A stretch of 25,796 nucleotides of DNA, from IMG/VR virus record IMGVR_UViG_3300025270_000068, positions 1 through 25,796 of that record. One strand, 5' to 3'. Made by a program: the position numbers and the translations under genes. The notes under the pieces are model-generated. The model searched no databases. It saw nothing but the letters and a program-made list of their open reading frames with translations, and was not told the DNA's origin. How positions within the stretch are numbered: the first letter of the stretch is position 1; each line of letters starts with the position of its first letter. Of this stretch, positions 8,460 through 17,567 are shown one piece after another. The stretch is from a virus. Its lineage: Duplodnaviria > Caudoviricetes.

Positions 8460-10510
8460 CAGTCCTGTAACCTCCGACGTGCCCCCGGTAAGACCTGATA
8501 CCCGACGGTCATACCCTCCAGGCTCCAACTGCCATTGGCCGCATCATCGCTGATGCGAATCCGACAACCCACATCTTCGATGTAGTGACCGTTGGTGCCT
8601 TCAAGATTGATAATCTTCTGCACGGATTCATACGGGACGGTGATATTACTGCCGTCAGACGTATCGATCCCGTTGCCGTCATCCGTGATGAGCTGTAAGC
8701 CGATGGGCTCCAAACTCTTACTAGCCGCTCCGCGACTGACGGATTCATCTGAGGCGGACCCGCTCATCCATTCGACCGTCAGAGTGACATCCGAATCCGA
8801 CTCGGCAATGATATCCAGCCAGCGCCACCGCTTGAGATAGGCCATCAGGCTCTGACTCTGCCGCGTTGACCACGAGTTGTCCTGTCCGTAGAGGACCTTG
8901 GTAATCCATCGCGCCGGGATGTTTGACCCGTCAAAACTATCCCCGTCAAAGAACTTGTAGCAGAAACCGCCCTTTCCCGTCTGCGCCTCTCCTGTCAGGA
9001 TGAGCTGCGTGTCGGTTGCCGTATCGACCGTGGTCGAGGCAGCCATCGGCATTGTGGGCCACACATACCAGACGCCCCAGCGATAGTTCCAGCAGAGCGC
9101 CTGATTACATTCAGCATTCTCGCCAGACGTAGTAGGTCCAGGCCAGAACCAGACGACATGGCCGTTTTCGATATCGTGGAACGCATTCACCTTTGTCCGT
9201 TGGGCATAGAGAAAGGTCTTGAGCGTCTCTTTGACCGGTGTCGAAATCACCGTATCGTTCTGTCCGTCAAAGAGGCGGATGTCACCCAGTGGGGTGAAAT
9301 AGGCCAACATCACCCGGCTCGTCGTTCGCGTGTCTCCAGACGCGTCGGTATACACAGACCCGGCTGGCACTGCGACCACCGATCGTTGCGAGACCGTGCC
9401 GGTGACGGCATTGGACTTGGTCCGCACCCAGCCCATGATGTCTGAGACTATTTGTCCGCTTCCTGAGATAGTCCAGATGGATCGTTCCTGAAAAGCGACC
9501 AACATGCCCTCGAAATCCCCATGGAGCGCGGTGAGGATGTCCCCCACTGAACTTTGATCGGTAAAATCGAGGTAGTTATTGATGCCCACTTGATCGGGCT
9601 GGCCGGGGTCAGACCACTGTATACGACGCGGGTTGGTATCGGTGCGTCCCCACCAGAGTCGCTGCTTGTGGGGTTCGCAGAGGTAGGATCCGGTCGGCGG
9701 GGCATCGCCATGTTCCTCCAAGAGTCGATTGCCGAGAATGTCGAGGTCAGACGCGTTGTCGGTATAACTCGCCGTGGTGCGTCCGTCGATAAACGTCACA
9801 AAATAGAAATTCGTGCCAGTGCCTGTCGTCCGATACAGCTCATAGCCGGTGATGTCCGTATCGCTGTCAGCGGTCCATGACAGATTGGACTGCTCGTCCT
9901 GTAACTGGATGACATTACTGGTGGTAGACCCGGCTGTCCGTGTTTCTGAGCCGTCAACGCTGATCAGTTTCCACGTATACGACCCATTGAGTTGTCCCGT
10001 GCTGGTATTGACCGCTGCGGTAGGCGTTGGGGACTTTGATGCAGGACCCGCCGTGGAGAGACTGGAGCCGTTCCACGCCCGAGGGGCCACCACGCCATTG
10101 GCAAAGAACAGGGTATTGCCGACCTGCGCGAAATCCGGGATCGCCCCGACTGACCCACTCCCGAAATCAGCAATGAAGGTCCAGTTGGCTCCCGCGTCCG
10201 TGCTGTACCACAGCTCGCACTCATCCGTGCCGTCGTCAAAGACACCCAGCAGTTGCCGCGTGAAACTCGCGCCAGTCTGCCGATAGGCCCGGAGCGCCCG
10301 GACCATGGTGGCGGTGCCGCCCGTATTAGTGGTCACAGCCGACGAATTTTGTTTGCTATACCCCAGAATCTTCTTGGCCCGTCCCAGTTTGTCGATCCAG
10401 AGGTTCCGCGACCCCGAGGAGGAGTAAATCGCTGGCAGCGCCACCGAATGAATACCCTCCTGCGTCCCCATAAAGACAGTGAAGACCTGTGTCTGGATCG
10501 GATAGGCCAT
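8459..10510 (-). CDS. Tail stabilisation/nozzle protein (P22 gp10 / tail tubular B-like), 683 aa
   Basis: Beta-rich; HKQRLWWG..NPRRIQWSDPGQPD, LVAFQERSIWTISG and CWNYRWGVW motifs; an inserted beta-sandwich-like segment (YELYRT...YTDN); size and position fit. Confidence 0.8.
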   Translation of the reverse strand: MAYPIQTQVFTVFMGTQEGIHSVALPAIYSSSGSRNLWIDKLGRAKKILGYSKQNSSAVTTNTGGTATMVRALRAYRQTGASFTRQLLGVFDDGTDECELWYSTDAGANWTFIADFGSGSVGAIPDFAQVGNTLFFANGVVAPRAWNGSSLSTAGPASKSPTPTAAVNTSTGQLNGSYTWKLISVDGSETRTAGSTTSNVIQLQDEQSNLSWTADSDTDITGYELYRTTGTGTNFYFVTFIDGRTTASYTDNASDLDILGNRLLEEHGDAPPTGSYLCEPHKQRLWWGRTDTNPRRIQWSDPGQPDQVGINNYLDFTDQSSVGDILTALHGDFEGMLVAFQERSIWTISGSGQIVSDIMGWVRTKSNAVTGTVSQRSVVAVPAGSVYTDASGDTRTTSRVMLAYFTPLGDIRLFDGQNDTVISTPVKETLKTFLYAQRTKVNAFHDIENGHVVWFWPGPTTSGENAECNQALCWNYRWGVWYVWPTMPMAASTTVDTATDTQLILTGEAQTGKGGFCYKFFDGDSFDGSNIPARWITKVLYGQDNSWSTRQSQSLMAYLKRWRWLDIIAESDSDVTLTVEWMSGSASDESVSRGAASKSLEPIGLQLITDDGNGIDTSDGSNITVPYESVQKIINLEGTNGHYIEDVGCRIRISDDAANGSWSLEGMTVGYQVLPGARRRLQD

Positions 10511-11976
10511 TACAGAATCTCTCCGATAAAAAGGACGCCATTGGAGATGTCTCGACGCATGACTTCACCGCGCCCCACCACACAGTCGCTGTAGCCATAG
10601 GCGTCATGAACGCGCCCCTTCCATGCGCGGTCAAACACCAGGTCTTGCTCGACTATCTCTGGGCGTTCGGGATACACCGCAATCACACACGCGCCATTCG
10701 ACTTCTGCACATGGTCGGCACGGCAGTGGTCCGGGGCCTGAATGACCCGACGGGACCGATGCGTTGTCCCACCATGGTAAATCTCATCGTAGGCCATGAT
10801 ATCTGGCGGGAGATCGCTGATCAGGCGCGGAGCCAGGTCAAATCCCGGCGCATCGCGGAAGCGCCCCTCAAGGCAGACCCCGTGACTGCACATAAAGGTT
10901 GGCATCTGTCGGCACATCGCAGTGACCGCGAGATAAAACGCATAGCGCCACGGGCGATCCGTCCACTCATGGGCCTGTGGCATCCCTGAGACACGCTGAT
11001 GGGGTCCCCACCGCATCCCCGGCGGCTCACCACTCCACCCCAGCCGACGTGGTGCTCGCTTGTATCCCGTGGAGAACACATGACGGGTCTGATCACCCCA
11101 GTTATTGTCGCGGCTGGCATGGACGAGATAGATTTGTTGCCAGTCAGGCGTCCACTTTGCCAGCTCGTCTGTCTCCTCGCTTCCCCCAGCACCTGCCGCC
11201 GCACTGAGGGCATGGAGGACGGTGGGGTTCAGGTTCCGGGAGATATTGACCCACTTCTCCACCACGTCTGGATTGGGCTCGCCTGTGTGATACGCCTCGT
11301 TCAGTCCCTCTATCAGGGCAAACCACTGCGGATGCGCGGCCACTACGTCAGCCATCCAGTGCCACGCCTCGGTCATGGGCTTGGCAGGCACGTCTTCCGC
11401 TGAACCCAAGGCCAGATGCCAGCGTAACCCATAGTCTTCTGACCCAATCCGTAGACACTCAGCAATAAGCCGTCGATGCGCGTCATCGGAGGGGTTTAAC
11501 TGTCGGTTCCCCCAGTAGCGGTGCTCCTGCCCACTCCAGCGAATCGACCACCAGGACCGCAGTCCCGAATACCCGTGTGTGCGGAGGTCAGCAAAGGCGC
11601 GATGAATCCGCTGCTCCTTTTCCTGGCTCCCCTCAAGACGGCCTTCGACAAACAGACATAACAGATCCCCCGCATGGCAGAAGAGCGGCACCCGCCTGCC
11701 TGACGCATCGACATACGCCATGCCGTCTACGGAGAGTTGCCCTTCAAGCGGGGGTAATGCCGCTCGTTCCTTTGGGGGTGGTGGCGGCTTGGCACGGTTT
11801 TGATACTCATCGCTGCGCTGGAGCCAGCCGACCACATCGTCGTAACTAAATCCACGATCAATCTGAAGACGGATCGCTTCTGCAAGTCCCACGTCGTCCA
11901 CGGGACGCTCGAGTACCGCATCGTAGGCCGCACGGGACTGACGGATGGCCGTGAGATAGGTTTCTGAAGTAGTCAT
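10510..11976 (-). CDS. DUF4214-like N-terminal domain + clan GH-A (GH5-like) glycoside hydrolase, 488 aa
   Basis: N-terminal YDAVLERPVDDVGL...GFSYDDVVGWLQRSDEY; poly-Pro linker; LSVDGMAYVDASG, GYSGLRSW, IEGLNE (candidate acid/base) and WSGEP (candidate nucleophile). Confidence 0.65.
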   Translation of the reverse strand: MTTSETYLTAIRQSRAAYDAVLERPVDDVGLAEAIRLQIDRGFSYDDVVGWLQRSDEYQNRAKPPPPPKERAALPPLEGQLSVDGMAYVDASGRRVPLFCHAGDLLCLFVEGRLEGSQEKEQRIHRAFADLRTHGYSGLRSWWSIRWSGQEHRYWGNRQLNPSDDAHRRLIAECLRIGSEDYGLRWHLALGSAEDVPAKPMTEAWHWMADVVAAHPQWFALIEGLNEAYHTGEPNPDVVEKWVNISRNLNPTVLHALSAAAGAGGSEETDELAKWTPDWQQIYLVHASRDNNWGDQTRHVFSTGYKRAPRRLGWSGEPPGMRWGPHQRVSGMPQAHEWTDRPWRYAFYLAVTAMCRQMPTFMCSHGVCLEGRFRDAPGFDLAPRLISDLPPDIMAYDEIYHGGTTHRSRRVIQAPDHCRADHVQKSNGACVIAVYPERPEIVEQDLVFDRAWKGRVHDAYGYSDCVVGRGEVMRRDISNGVLFIGEIL

Positions 11977-12221
11977 GACTTCAGTTTCTGGACCATGTGC
12001 GTGAGGGAGTCAATGTCCTTCCGCACCGAGTTCATTTCTGTGCCCAAATACTGCAAGCGCGTCTCGACTAACTCTCTGCCCATGTAGTCCTTGAGACGGT
12101 CGTTGAGAATCTCCCGCACCGCATTGACTGTAGCCAGCCGCACATAGGTCGCTGCACAGCCGGTGATAATCGACACCGCCGAGACAATCGCGGCGACTTC
12201 AGCCCAGGAGATGGAGATCAT
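11973..12221 (-). CDS. Holin-like membrane protein (one TM + coiled coil), 82 aa
   Basis: Hydrophobic WAEVAAIVSAVSIITGCAATYV followed by a heptad-like tail; ATGA-coupled on both sides. Confidence 0.55.
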   Translation of the reverse strand: MISISWAEVAAIVSAVSIITGCAATYVRLATVNAVREILNDRLKDYMGRELVETRLQYLGTEMNSVRKDIDSLTHMVQKLKS

Positions 12222-14449
12222 GGCTCTGGCTCAGGGTCTGGTGCTAACTTCAGCGGCTCGATGATTGGATACCCATCATCGTCCGTCCATTCGGTGTCGT
12301 ACATGTGCTGGTCTTTGCGGCACGCCACGACCATCCATGACACCGTGTCGGTGCAATCCGATTCTTCGCAGTCAATGGTCAAGGTGCTGCCCGTGACAGA
12401 ACCCCGCACATGGAACCACCCGGTTTCGTTTGAGGTAAAGCATTGCTCATCGCGGCAGAGCAGAACCCACGTCCCGCTGGACATCCCTGCGGCTTCATCC
12501 AAGTCCACCTCTGCGGTGCCATCCACCAAGGTGACGGTGCCGCGATAAATCAGATCAGCCTTCGGCCCTTCGATGAAACTATGAATTAGCGAATGGTCGC
12601 TCATGGACGGCAGCGGGTGATCGATCGAGAAACTTCCACTGGTCTTGCTCAGTGACCCATTCACATTCACGTCGCCACCCGCATACAAGGCATAATTGTT
12701 CGTCCCCTCAGTGGGGGCATTGCGAATCCACAGCGTGCTCGCACGGGTAACCGTCGCGCCAGAGCCTTTGGTGATCTCCGGTTCGGCTATCTCCACCGAT
12801 GCCACATGCGCTATCGTCTCACTCGCTTGTGTCGTGATGCTGGGGCTGAGGCGCATCCCCACCAACCAAGCCGTATCACCTGTCACGCCCGTGAGTGCGG
12901 TTGACATCTGTACGACTTGTGCATAGGTGGAGAGGCCAGGACTGGTATAGGGGCCGCCGATTAACATTTGGTTGATCGTGCCAGGATTCGGATATCCGAT
13001 TGACACCGTCCCGTCCAAGAACGTATGACCAGACACCTCAAGAGCACCGTCCAATTTCGTCGCGCCCGTCACATCCAGCGTCCCGCCCACATCGATATTG
13101 GTCGGTAGGCGGGCATTGGCGAGGGTGCCACTGGTAATGTTTGAGGCGCTGTCGCACCCAATACTGGTCCGCAGCGTGGACCCACTCTCCGCCACCGGAT
13201 CAGTGGACCCATCGCCCACGATCATTTCGCTGTCGGCCAGGACGGACATGGCCGTCACTGCCCCCGTGCCGCTGCCAAGTAACACCCCACCATCAGTCAG
13301 CGAGGTGGCTCCGGTGCCCCCATAAGGGACAGTCACGGCGGTGCCGTTCCACACACCTGTGGCGACGGTCCCCAGCGTGGTAATCGAGGTCTGCCCCACA
13401 TAGGTCGAGGCAATGGTCACATCGTTCGCGTTGACGGTGATCTTGTCAGCGGTGCCAATGACATTGAGGGTGACATCCCCAGCGGTGCCTCCACCGGTCA
13501 TGCCTGCGCCAGCCACCACCGAGGTGATATCGCCCGTCTCTGGCGTCGCCCACTGAAGAGTCCCGTCTGTATTGTTGATGGAGAGCACCTGATCCACGGC
13601 CCCAATAGCAGCAGGGAGCGTCAGCGTATAGGACCCACTGACGGTGGCTGGTGCATCAAACCCGACATACTGCCCCCCAGTATTATCTTGCAGGCGTAAA
13701 TCGCCCTCTGCCGTGATATCCACCTGTGTGAACGTTCCGGCTGCGGGTGTCGAGCCTCCAATGACACTGTTGTTGACCGTGCCACCGCTGATAGTGAGAT
13801 CGTCAGCCACATAGGCATTCGCCACTGCCGTGCCGTTCCAGACACCGGTCGCCACGGTTCCAAGGATCGTAATTGCGGTGGAACTGCCCACATCCAGCGT
13901 GGTGGGATCGCCAGAAGCGTCTCCAATCAGAATGACGCCATCGCCCAACACGGCAGTGGCCGTAATAGCGCCGGTCCCGCTCCCAAGCAACACCCCACCG
14001 TCGGTAAAGGTCGCCGCGCCGGTCCCGCCCTGATTGACCGCGAGGGTCCCGGTGAAGTTCGCCGCCGCGAGGTAATACGTCCCCTCCTGGCTATCGAGCT
14101 TGTCCGCGTTGAGGTTGGCGACCAGCGTTGTGGACGCAATGGTCAGTGGCGCAGTGCCGGTCGAGACATCGCTTTCAAAGGTAGACGACCGAATCTCGTA
14201 CCCGCCCGCATCCCAGTTCGCAGACAGCGCAAGACTCCCATCGACCCGCAGCAATGCCGCCGCTTCCACGCCATCCACTTTGTCGGCGTCCAGATATTGC
14301 ACATATGCCGCGCCCGAGATGCAGGCAAACGGGGCATTGGTGGACCGACTGAAGGTATGGAGTCCCGTGATGGTATAGCCGTTCTCTTCGGTCAGGACCG
14401 TATTGCCGGAGAGATCCGCATCGGTATTCGCAACTTGAATGTCAGCCAT
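12218..14449 (-). CDS. Tail fibre, 743 aa, with C-terminal chaperone-like domain
   Basis: G/T/A/S-rich; LDADKVDG and LNADKLD motifs; duplicated GGTGAxxxTDGGVLLGSGTGA module; C-terminal FSIDHPL...HSFIEGP..LIYRG domain. Confidence 0.85.
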   Translation of the reverse strand: MADIQVANTDADLSGNTVLTEENGYTITGLHTFSRSTNAPFACISGAAYVQYLDADKVDGVEAAALLRVDGSLALSANWDAGGYEIRSSTFESDVSTGTAPLTIASTTLVANLNADKLDSQEGTYYLAAANFTGTLAVNQGGTGAATFTDGGVLLGSGTGAITATAVLGDGVILIGDASGDPTTLDVGSSTAITILGTVATGVWNGTAVANAYVADDLTISGGTVNNSVIGGSTPAAGTFTQVDITAEGDLRLQDNTGGQYVGFDAPATVSGSYTLTLPAAIGAVDQVLSINNTDGTLQWATPETGDITSVVAGAGMTGGGTAGDVTLNVIGTADKITVNANDVTIASTYVGQTSITTLGTVATGVWNGTAVTVPYGGTGATSLTDGGVLLGSGTGAVTAMSVLADSEMIVGDGSTDPVAESGSTLRTSIGCDSASNITSGTLANARLPTNIDVGGTLDVTGATKLDGALEVSGHTFLDGTVSIGYPNPGTINQMLIGGPYTSPGLSTYAQVVQMSTALTGVTGDTAWLVGMRLSPSITTQASETIAHVASVEIAEPEITKGSGATVTRASTLWIRNAPTEGTNNYALYAGGDVNVNGSLSKTSGSFSIDHPLPSMSDHSLIHSFIEGPKADLIYRGTVTLVDGTAEVDLDEAAGMSSGTWVLLCRDEQCFTSNETGWFHVRGSVTGSTLTIDCEESDCTDTVSWMVVACRKDQHMYDTEWTDDDGYPIIEPLKLAPDPEPEP

Positions 14450-14914
14450 TTATTGCCCCCGCCGGCGCACTTGTTGTCTCAGAGGATATTCTCCACTCCA
14501 GCGTTCCATGTGGGCAGAACGTGCTGGCTCCCACCCAGGCAAATCATTTGGAGCTAATCTACCGCCGATCTCCCGCAGGGCTTCCACAGGATCACGGGTT
14601 TCACTTAAATGTTCAATGATCTGCTGCACTAATACATCCTGCTGCGGGATGGGTCCGGTTGTTTTACGCATCAAGAACTCTGGTGTTGTTACTCCTCGAT
14701 ACGATCCACCGCCAAAGAATCCCCCAAGGACATCATCGTCATAGTGCTGGGATGGCCTCAAAGAAGGATTTGCTGGGTCCTTGATCGGCTCGCCTCGCCA
14801 CTTATCACTCCCCTTAACAAATGGCCCTGTTCCAAGCACAGGACGAAAATCAAATGGATCCCCTGTTTTCATGGGAGGCGGCGTTGGCGGTCTTGGCTTG
14901 CGTCGTTTCGCCAT
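14450..14914 (-). CDS. Hypothetical accessory protein, 154 aa
   Basis: Fills the gap exactly (TAATG upstream, TAAATG downstream); locally more AT-rich; basic termini. Confidence 0.75.
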   Translation of the reverse strand: MAKRRKPRPPTPPPMKTGDPFDFRPVLGTGPFVKGSDKWRGEPIKDPANPSLRPSQHYDDDVLGGFFGGGSYRGVTTPEFLMRKTTGPIPQQDVLVQQIIEHLSETRDPVEALREIGGRLAPNDLPGWEPARSAHMERWSGEYPLRQQVRRRGQ

Positions 14915-15261
14915 TACCGAACCTCATAGGCCACATTGATGACCCAGGTCGCCGTGCCGTCACTGGTTGACGTTTCTGCGTTGAGGGCCGTATTTTCACT
15001 AAGTTGCAGTCCATGGACCGCCATCCCGTCCATGGCATACCACTCGAAGGTCCGGTCATTGAGCGTGGCTCCGCCTTTCCGTAGCAGGGTGTCGCCGCCG
15101 GATCCGTCCTCTAACCGGAGCAGGGAGCCTGCCCCCGCCGCTGCCACGTCAATCGACCACCACAAGACCACGATACGCTGACCGTTCCCCGGTGCGGCAA
15201 TCACCGACGTGTTGGTGTTGGAACTGATACTGGATTGGGTCTGAAACTGTCCTAGCGCCAT
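14914..15261 (-). CDS. Small beta-rich virion structural protein, 115 aa
   Basis: RBS AGGAGG; alternating beta pattern (VIAAPGNGQRIVVLWWSI); lies between adaptor and fibre. Confidence 0.6.
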   Translation of the reverse strand: MALGQFQTQSSISSNTNTSVIAAPGNGQRIVVLWWSIDVAAAGAGSLLRLEDGSGGDTLLRKGGATLNDRTFEWYAMDGMAVHGLQLSENTALNAETSTSDGTATWVINVAYEVR

Positions 15262-15269
15262 GACGCCTC

Positions 15270-15947
15270 CTAGATCGTGTGGTCATACCGGTAGTCATAC
15301 CCCGGCGCACGGTCGCGGTTAAAGCGCCCGAGCAGTTCAATGCAGGGATTAAAGATTTCGGCCCCTACCACCGAGATAGGCTGGGCATCATCGTCTTTGC
15401 CCACCTTGAGGAGTTTGGTGGCATATTCCGCAACGGCGTTGATGGCAACATCAGGATAGGCAAAGGTCCCGGCGGCAGTGATATCGTCCGCTGCGACCAT
15501 GCCGTAATACCGCACGGTATGGGTCGCATCAGGGAGCGGATCCCAATAAATCAACCGCCCATTTGTCCAATACCGCACAGGTTTACCCGTGGTGGTGGCA
15601 TCGAACTGAATAGACGGATAGGTAATGGGAGCCCCATATTGATCGCCGGTATACCCCACCCATTCCAAATCCCAGGCCGGTCTGCTGGTGCCGGGGTTGA
15701 TATATTGCAGGCGGTCTACGCGCAGCAAGCCGGTTGGAAACGCGGTGGTTTCAGTGCTTGCCGTGGTGGTCACGGTGCCGACGTTGGAGCCGTGATTATT
15801 GGGCTGGAGCGCCAGCAGCGACTCAAAGTAATCCTGTGCGGCATTGACCGCCCGGAGTCCGATGGTGACGCCGGTTTGCCCGGATTGCAGTTGGAGTCCC
15901 CGATCAAGGACCTCCATGAGGTCGAGTATTGTCTGGCCGGTCGCCAT
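15270..15947 (-). CDS. Head-tail adaptor (P22 gp4 / tail tubular A-like), 225 aa
   Basis: N-terminal helices (TGQTILDLM..LRAVNAAQD), TGKPVRYW...WDPLPDATHTVRYY, and C-terminal helices. Typical adaptor pattern. Confidence 0.8.
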   Translation of the reverse strand: MATGQTILDLMEVLDRGLQLQSGQTGVTIGLRAVNAAQDYFESLLALQPNNHGSNVGTVTTTASTETTAFPTGLLRVDRLQYINPGTSRPAWDLEWVGYTGDQYGAPITYPSIQFDATTTGKPVRYWTNGRLIYWDPLPDATHTVRYYGMVAADDITAAGTFAYPDVAINAVAEYATKLLKVGKDDDAQPISVVGAEIFNPCIELLGRFNRDRAPGYDYRYDHTI

Positions 15948-15952
15948 TGTAG

Positions 15953-16435
15953 TTAGTCTCCCGCATGATGTCGGACAAACTTACTGCCGTTGGACGGGCC
16001 GCGCATACTGACTTGAATTTTGGTGTGGTCCCACTGATCTGACCCCACATCCTCCAGCACCTGATCGCGCTCGGCATCAGCCGCAGATCGTTCTCGCTGC
16101 GCTTCCTGTTCCACGCGTGACCAGTAGGCTTTGCCCGATCCCCATTTGAAGCCACTCTGCTCATACACCGCGGCAAAGGTACGTGCGTCGAGTGGCACAT
16201 ACTCGCCAGTGGAGGTTTCAACCACGCAGAGCAGGAGCCAGCCGGGACAGAGCGCGTGCTGAATCCGAGGACGCTTATACCAGACCAACCACCGTTCCTT
16301 GACGGGATGCCACGTTACATCCAGATCGGGATGCACTGTCTGGAGATCGCTCCGAAATGGTTCCGGTGCAAAGCGCACACCAAACCGATTCGGATGCCAA
16401 TACTTCAGTTCCGTCTCAATCGGTGGAGGAATCAC
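15953..16435 (-). CDS. Hypothetical phage protein, 160 aa
   Basis: GTGA overlap with the upstream gene; protein-like composition. Confidence 0.75.
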   Translation of the reverse strand: MIPPPIETELKYWHPNRFGVRFAPEPFRSDLQTVHPDLDVTWHPVKERWLVWYKRPRIQHALCPGWLLLCVVETSTGEYVPLDARTFAAVYEQSGFKWGSGKAYWSRVEQEAQRERSAADAERDQVLEDVGSDQWDHTKIQVSMRGPSNGSKFVRHHAGD

Positions 16436-17085
16436 CGGCCAAACACCTTGAGTCCAAACTCCAGCACCCGTGGATCCTTGCTGGTCTTACAGTGTCGGGC
16501 CATTCTGGCACGCGCCAGATTGTAGGCTTGGCGCGAATCAGGATTCCATTGTGTGGAAAAGCCATCAACGGGACATTCCATGGTGCCCTTCTCCGCATCC
16601 TCGATACAGGCGTCTGGGATAGGCTCGTCCGCCTTGACCCATGGCGCGGCGAAGGCTTCAGGAATCACCTCGACAAGCGGCACGGCAAACGGCTTGCGTT
16701 CGCCGTTCTCGGTGAAATAGGTACGTACGCGGCCAGAATCCGATCCGATGCCACTACGATGCGGACGGCCCTTGCCGTCCCATGCATACATCGACGGAAA
16801 GGCCGGTGCGCCCCGCTGTGCCATCTCACGCCAACGGGCATGTTCAGTCAGATAGCACGTAATCGCCGATGAAATCCTGTCCAACCCGGCCCACGGGGTG
16901 CCCTGATGTTGTTCCAGTTGGGACAACTCATACAGACGGCCCAGTCCCTGTTCGACTGCTGCGGGATTCACTCCCGCTGGGAGCGGATTCTGCATGACAG
17001 CCAAGGGGGCTTCTCCCAGGTGCTTCAGGAAAAACGCATTCTCCTCAAGCGAGTAAGTGGTTGGATCAAAGACTTCAATGTCCAT
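16432..17085 (-). CDS. Hypothetical phage protein, 217 aa, possible degenerate C-terminal zinc finger
   Basis: RBS AAGGAG; C-terminal ECPVDGF...MARHCK. Confidence 0.75.
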   Translation of the reverse strand: MDIEVFDPTTYSLEENAFFLKHLGEAPLAVMQNPLPAGVNPAAVEQGLGRLYELSQLEQHQGTPWAGLDRISSAITCYLTEHARWREMAQRGAPAFPSMYAWDGKGRPHRSGIGSDSGRVRTYFTENGERKPFAVPLVEVIPEAFAAPWVKADEPIPDACIEDAEKGTMECPVDGFSTQWNPDSRQAYNLARARMARHCKTSKDPRVLEFGLKVFGR

Positions 17086-17093
17086 GGAACTCC

Positions 17094-17495
17094 TTAATAG
17101 CTGGAATTATTCCGAACCGGCTTCAGAATGACGCTGACGGAGCATTCCAGACTGGTGACGGTGCCCGTGACATTCACGGAGAGCTGCTCGCCTTTATCCA
17201 GCAGGCGATTCGCCACCGTTGAGGTCAGGGTCGCTTGGACGGGCGTATCCACCGTGCTGTCCAACGCAAAGGCGGAACTCAGCGCCGTGGTCAAACTCGC
17301 TGGAGCGGTTCCAGAGGCTGACACCCCCACGTCGAGGGTGCTGCTACTAGCACCAGCCACACTGTGTGTTTCCCGCACATCCATAATTTCGTAATCCCGG
17401 TCAGCCACAAAGAAATGCACATCAGCGGCTTCTCCCGCAGAGGTGCGATACTGGGCCAACACGGGGGCGAGACGAGCAATCGCTTTCAAACCCAT
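17094..17495 (-). CDS. Probable capsid decoration/cement protein, 133 aa
   Basis: Start reassigned to ATG 17495 (RBS AGGAG); S/T/A/V-rich beta pattern; immediately after the major capsid gene. Confidence 0.65.
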   Translation of the reverse strand: MGLKAIARLAPVLAQYRTSAGEAADVHFFVADRDYEIMDVRETHSVAGASSSTLDVGVSASGTAPASLTTALSSAFALDSTVDTPVQATLTSTVANRLLDKGEQLSVNVTGTVTSLECSVSVILKPVRNNSSY

Positions 17496-17512
17496 AATAG
17501 AGACTCCTGGCG

Positions 17513-17560
17513 AAGTGACGGAGGAGGAACCGGCTGGGACAGCGGCCCCTCCTCCCACCT
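17513..17560 (-). terminator. Strong GC-rich hairpin after the capsid gene (no U-tract; partial terminator or mRNA stabiliser)
   Basis: mRNA GGAGGAGG-GGCCG-CUG-ucc-CAG-c-CGGUU-CCUCCUCC; core at 17520-17555. Confidence 0.55.
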
Positions 17561-17567
17561 ACTCAGT

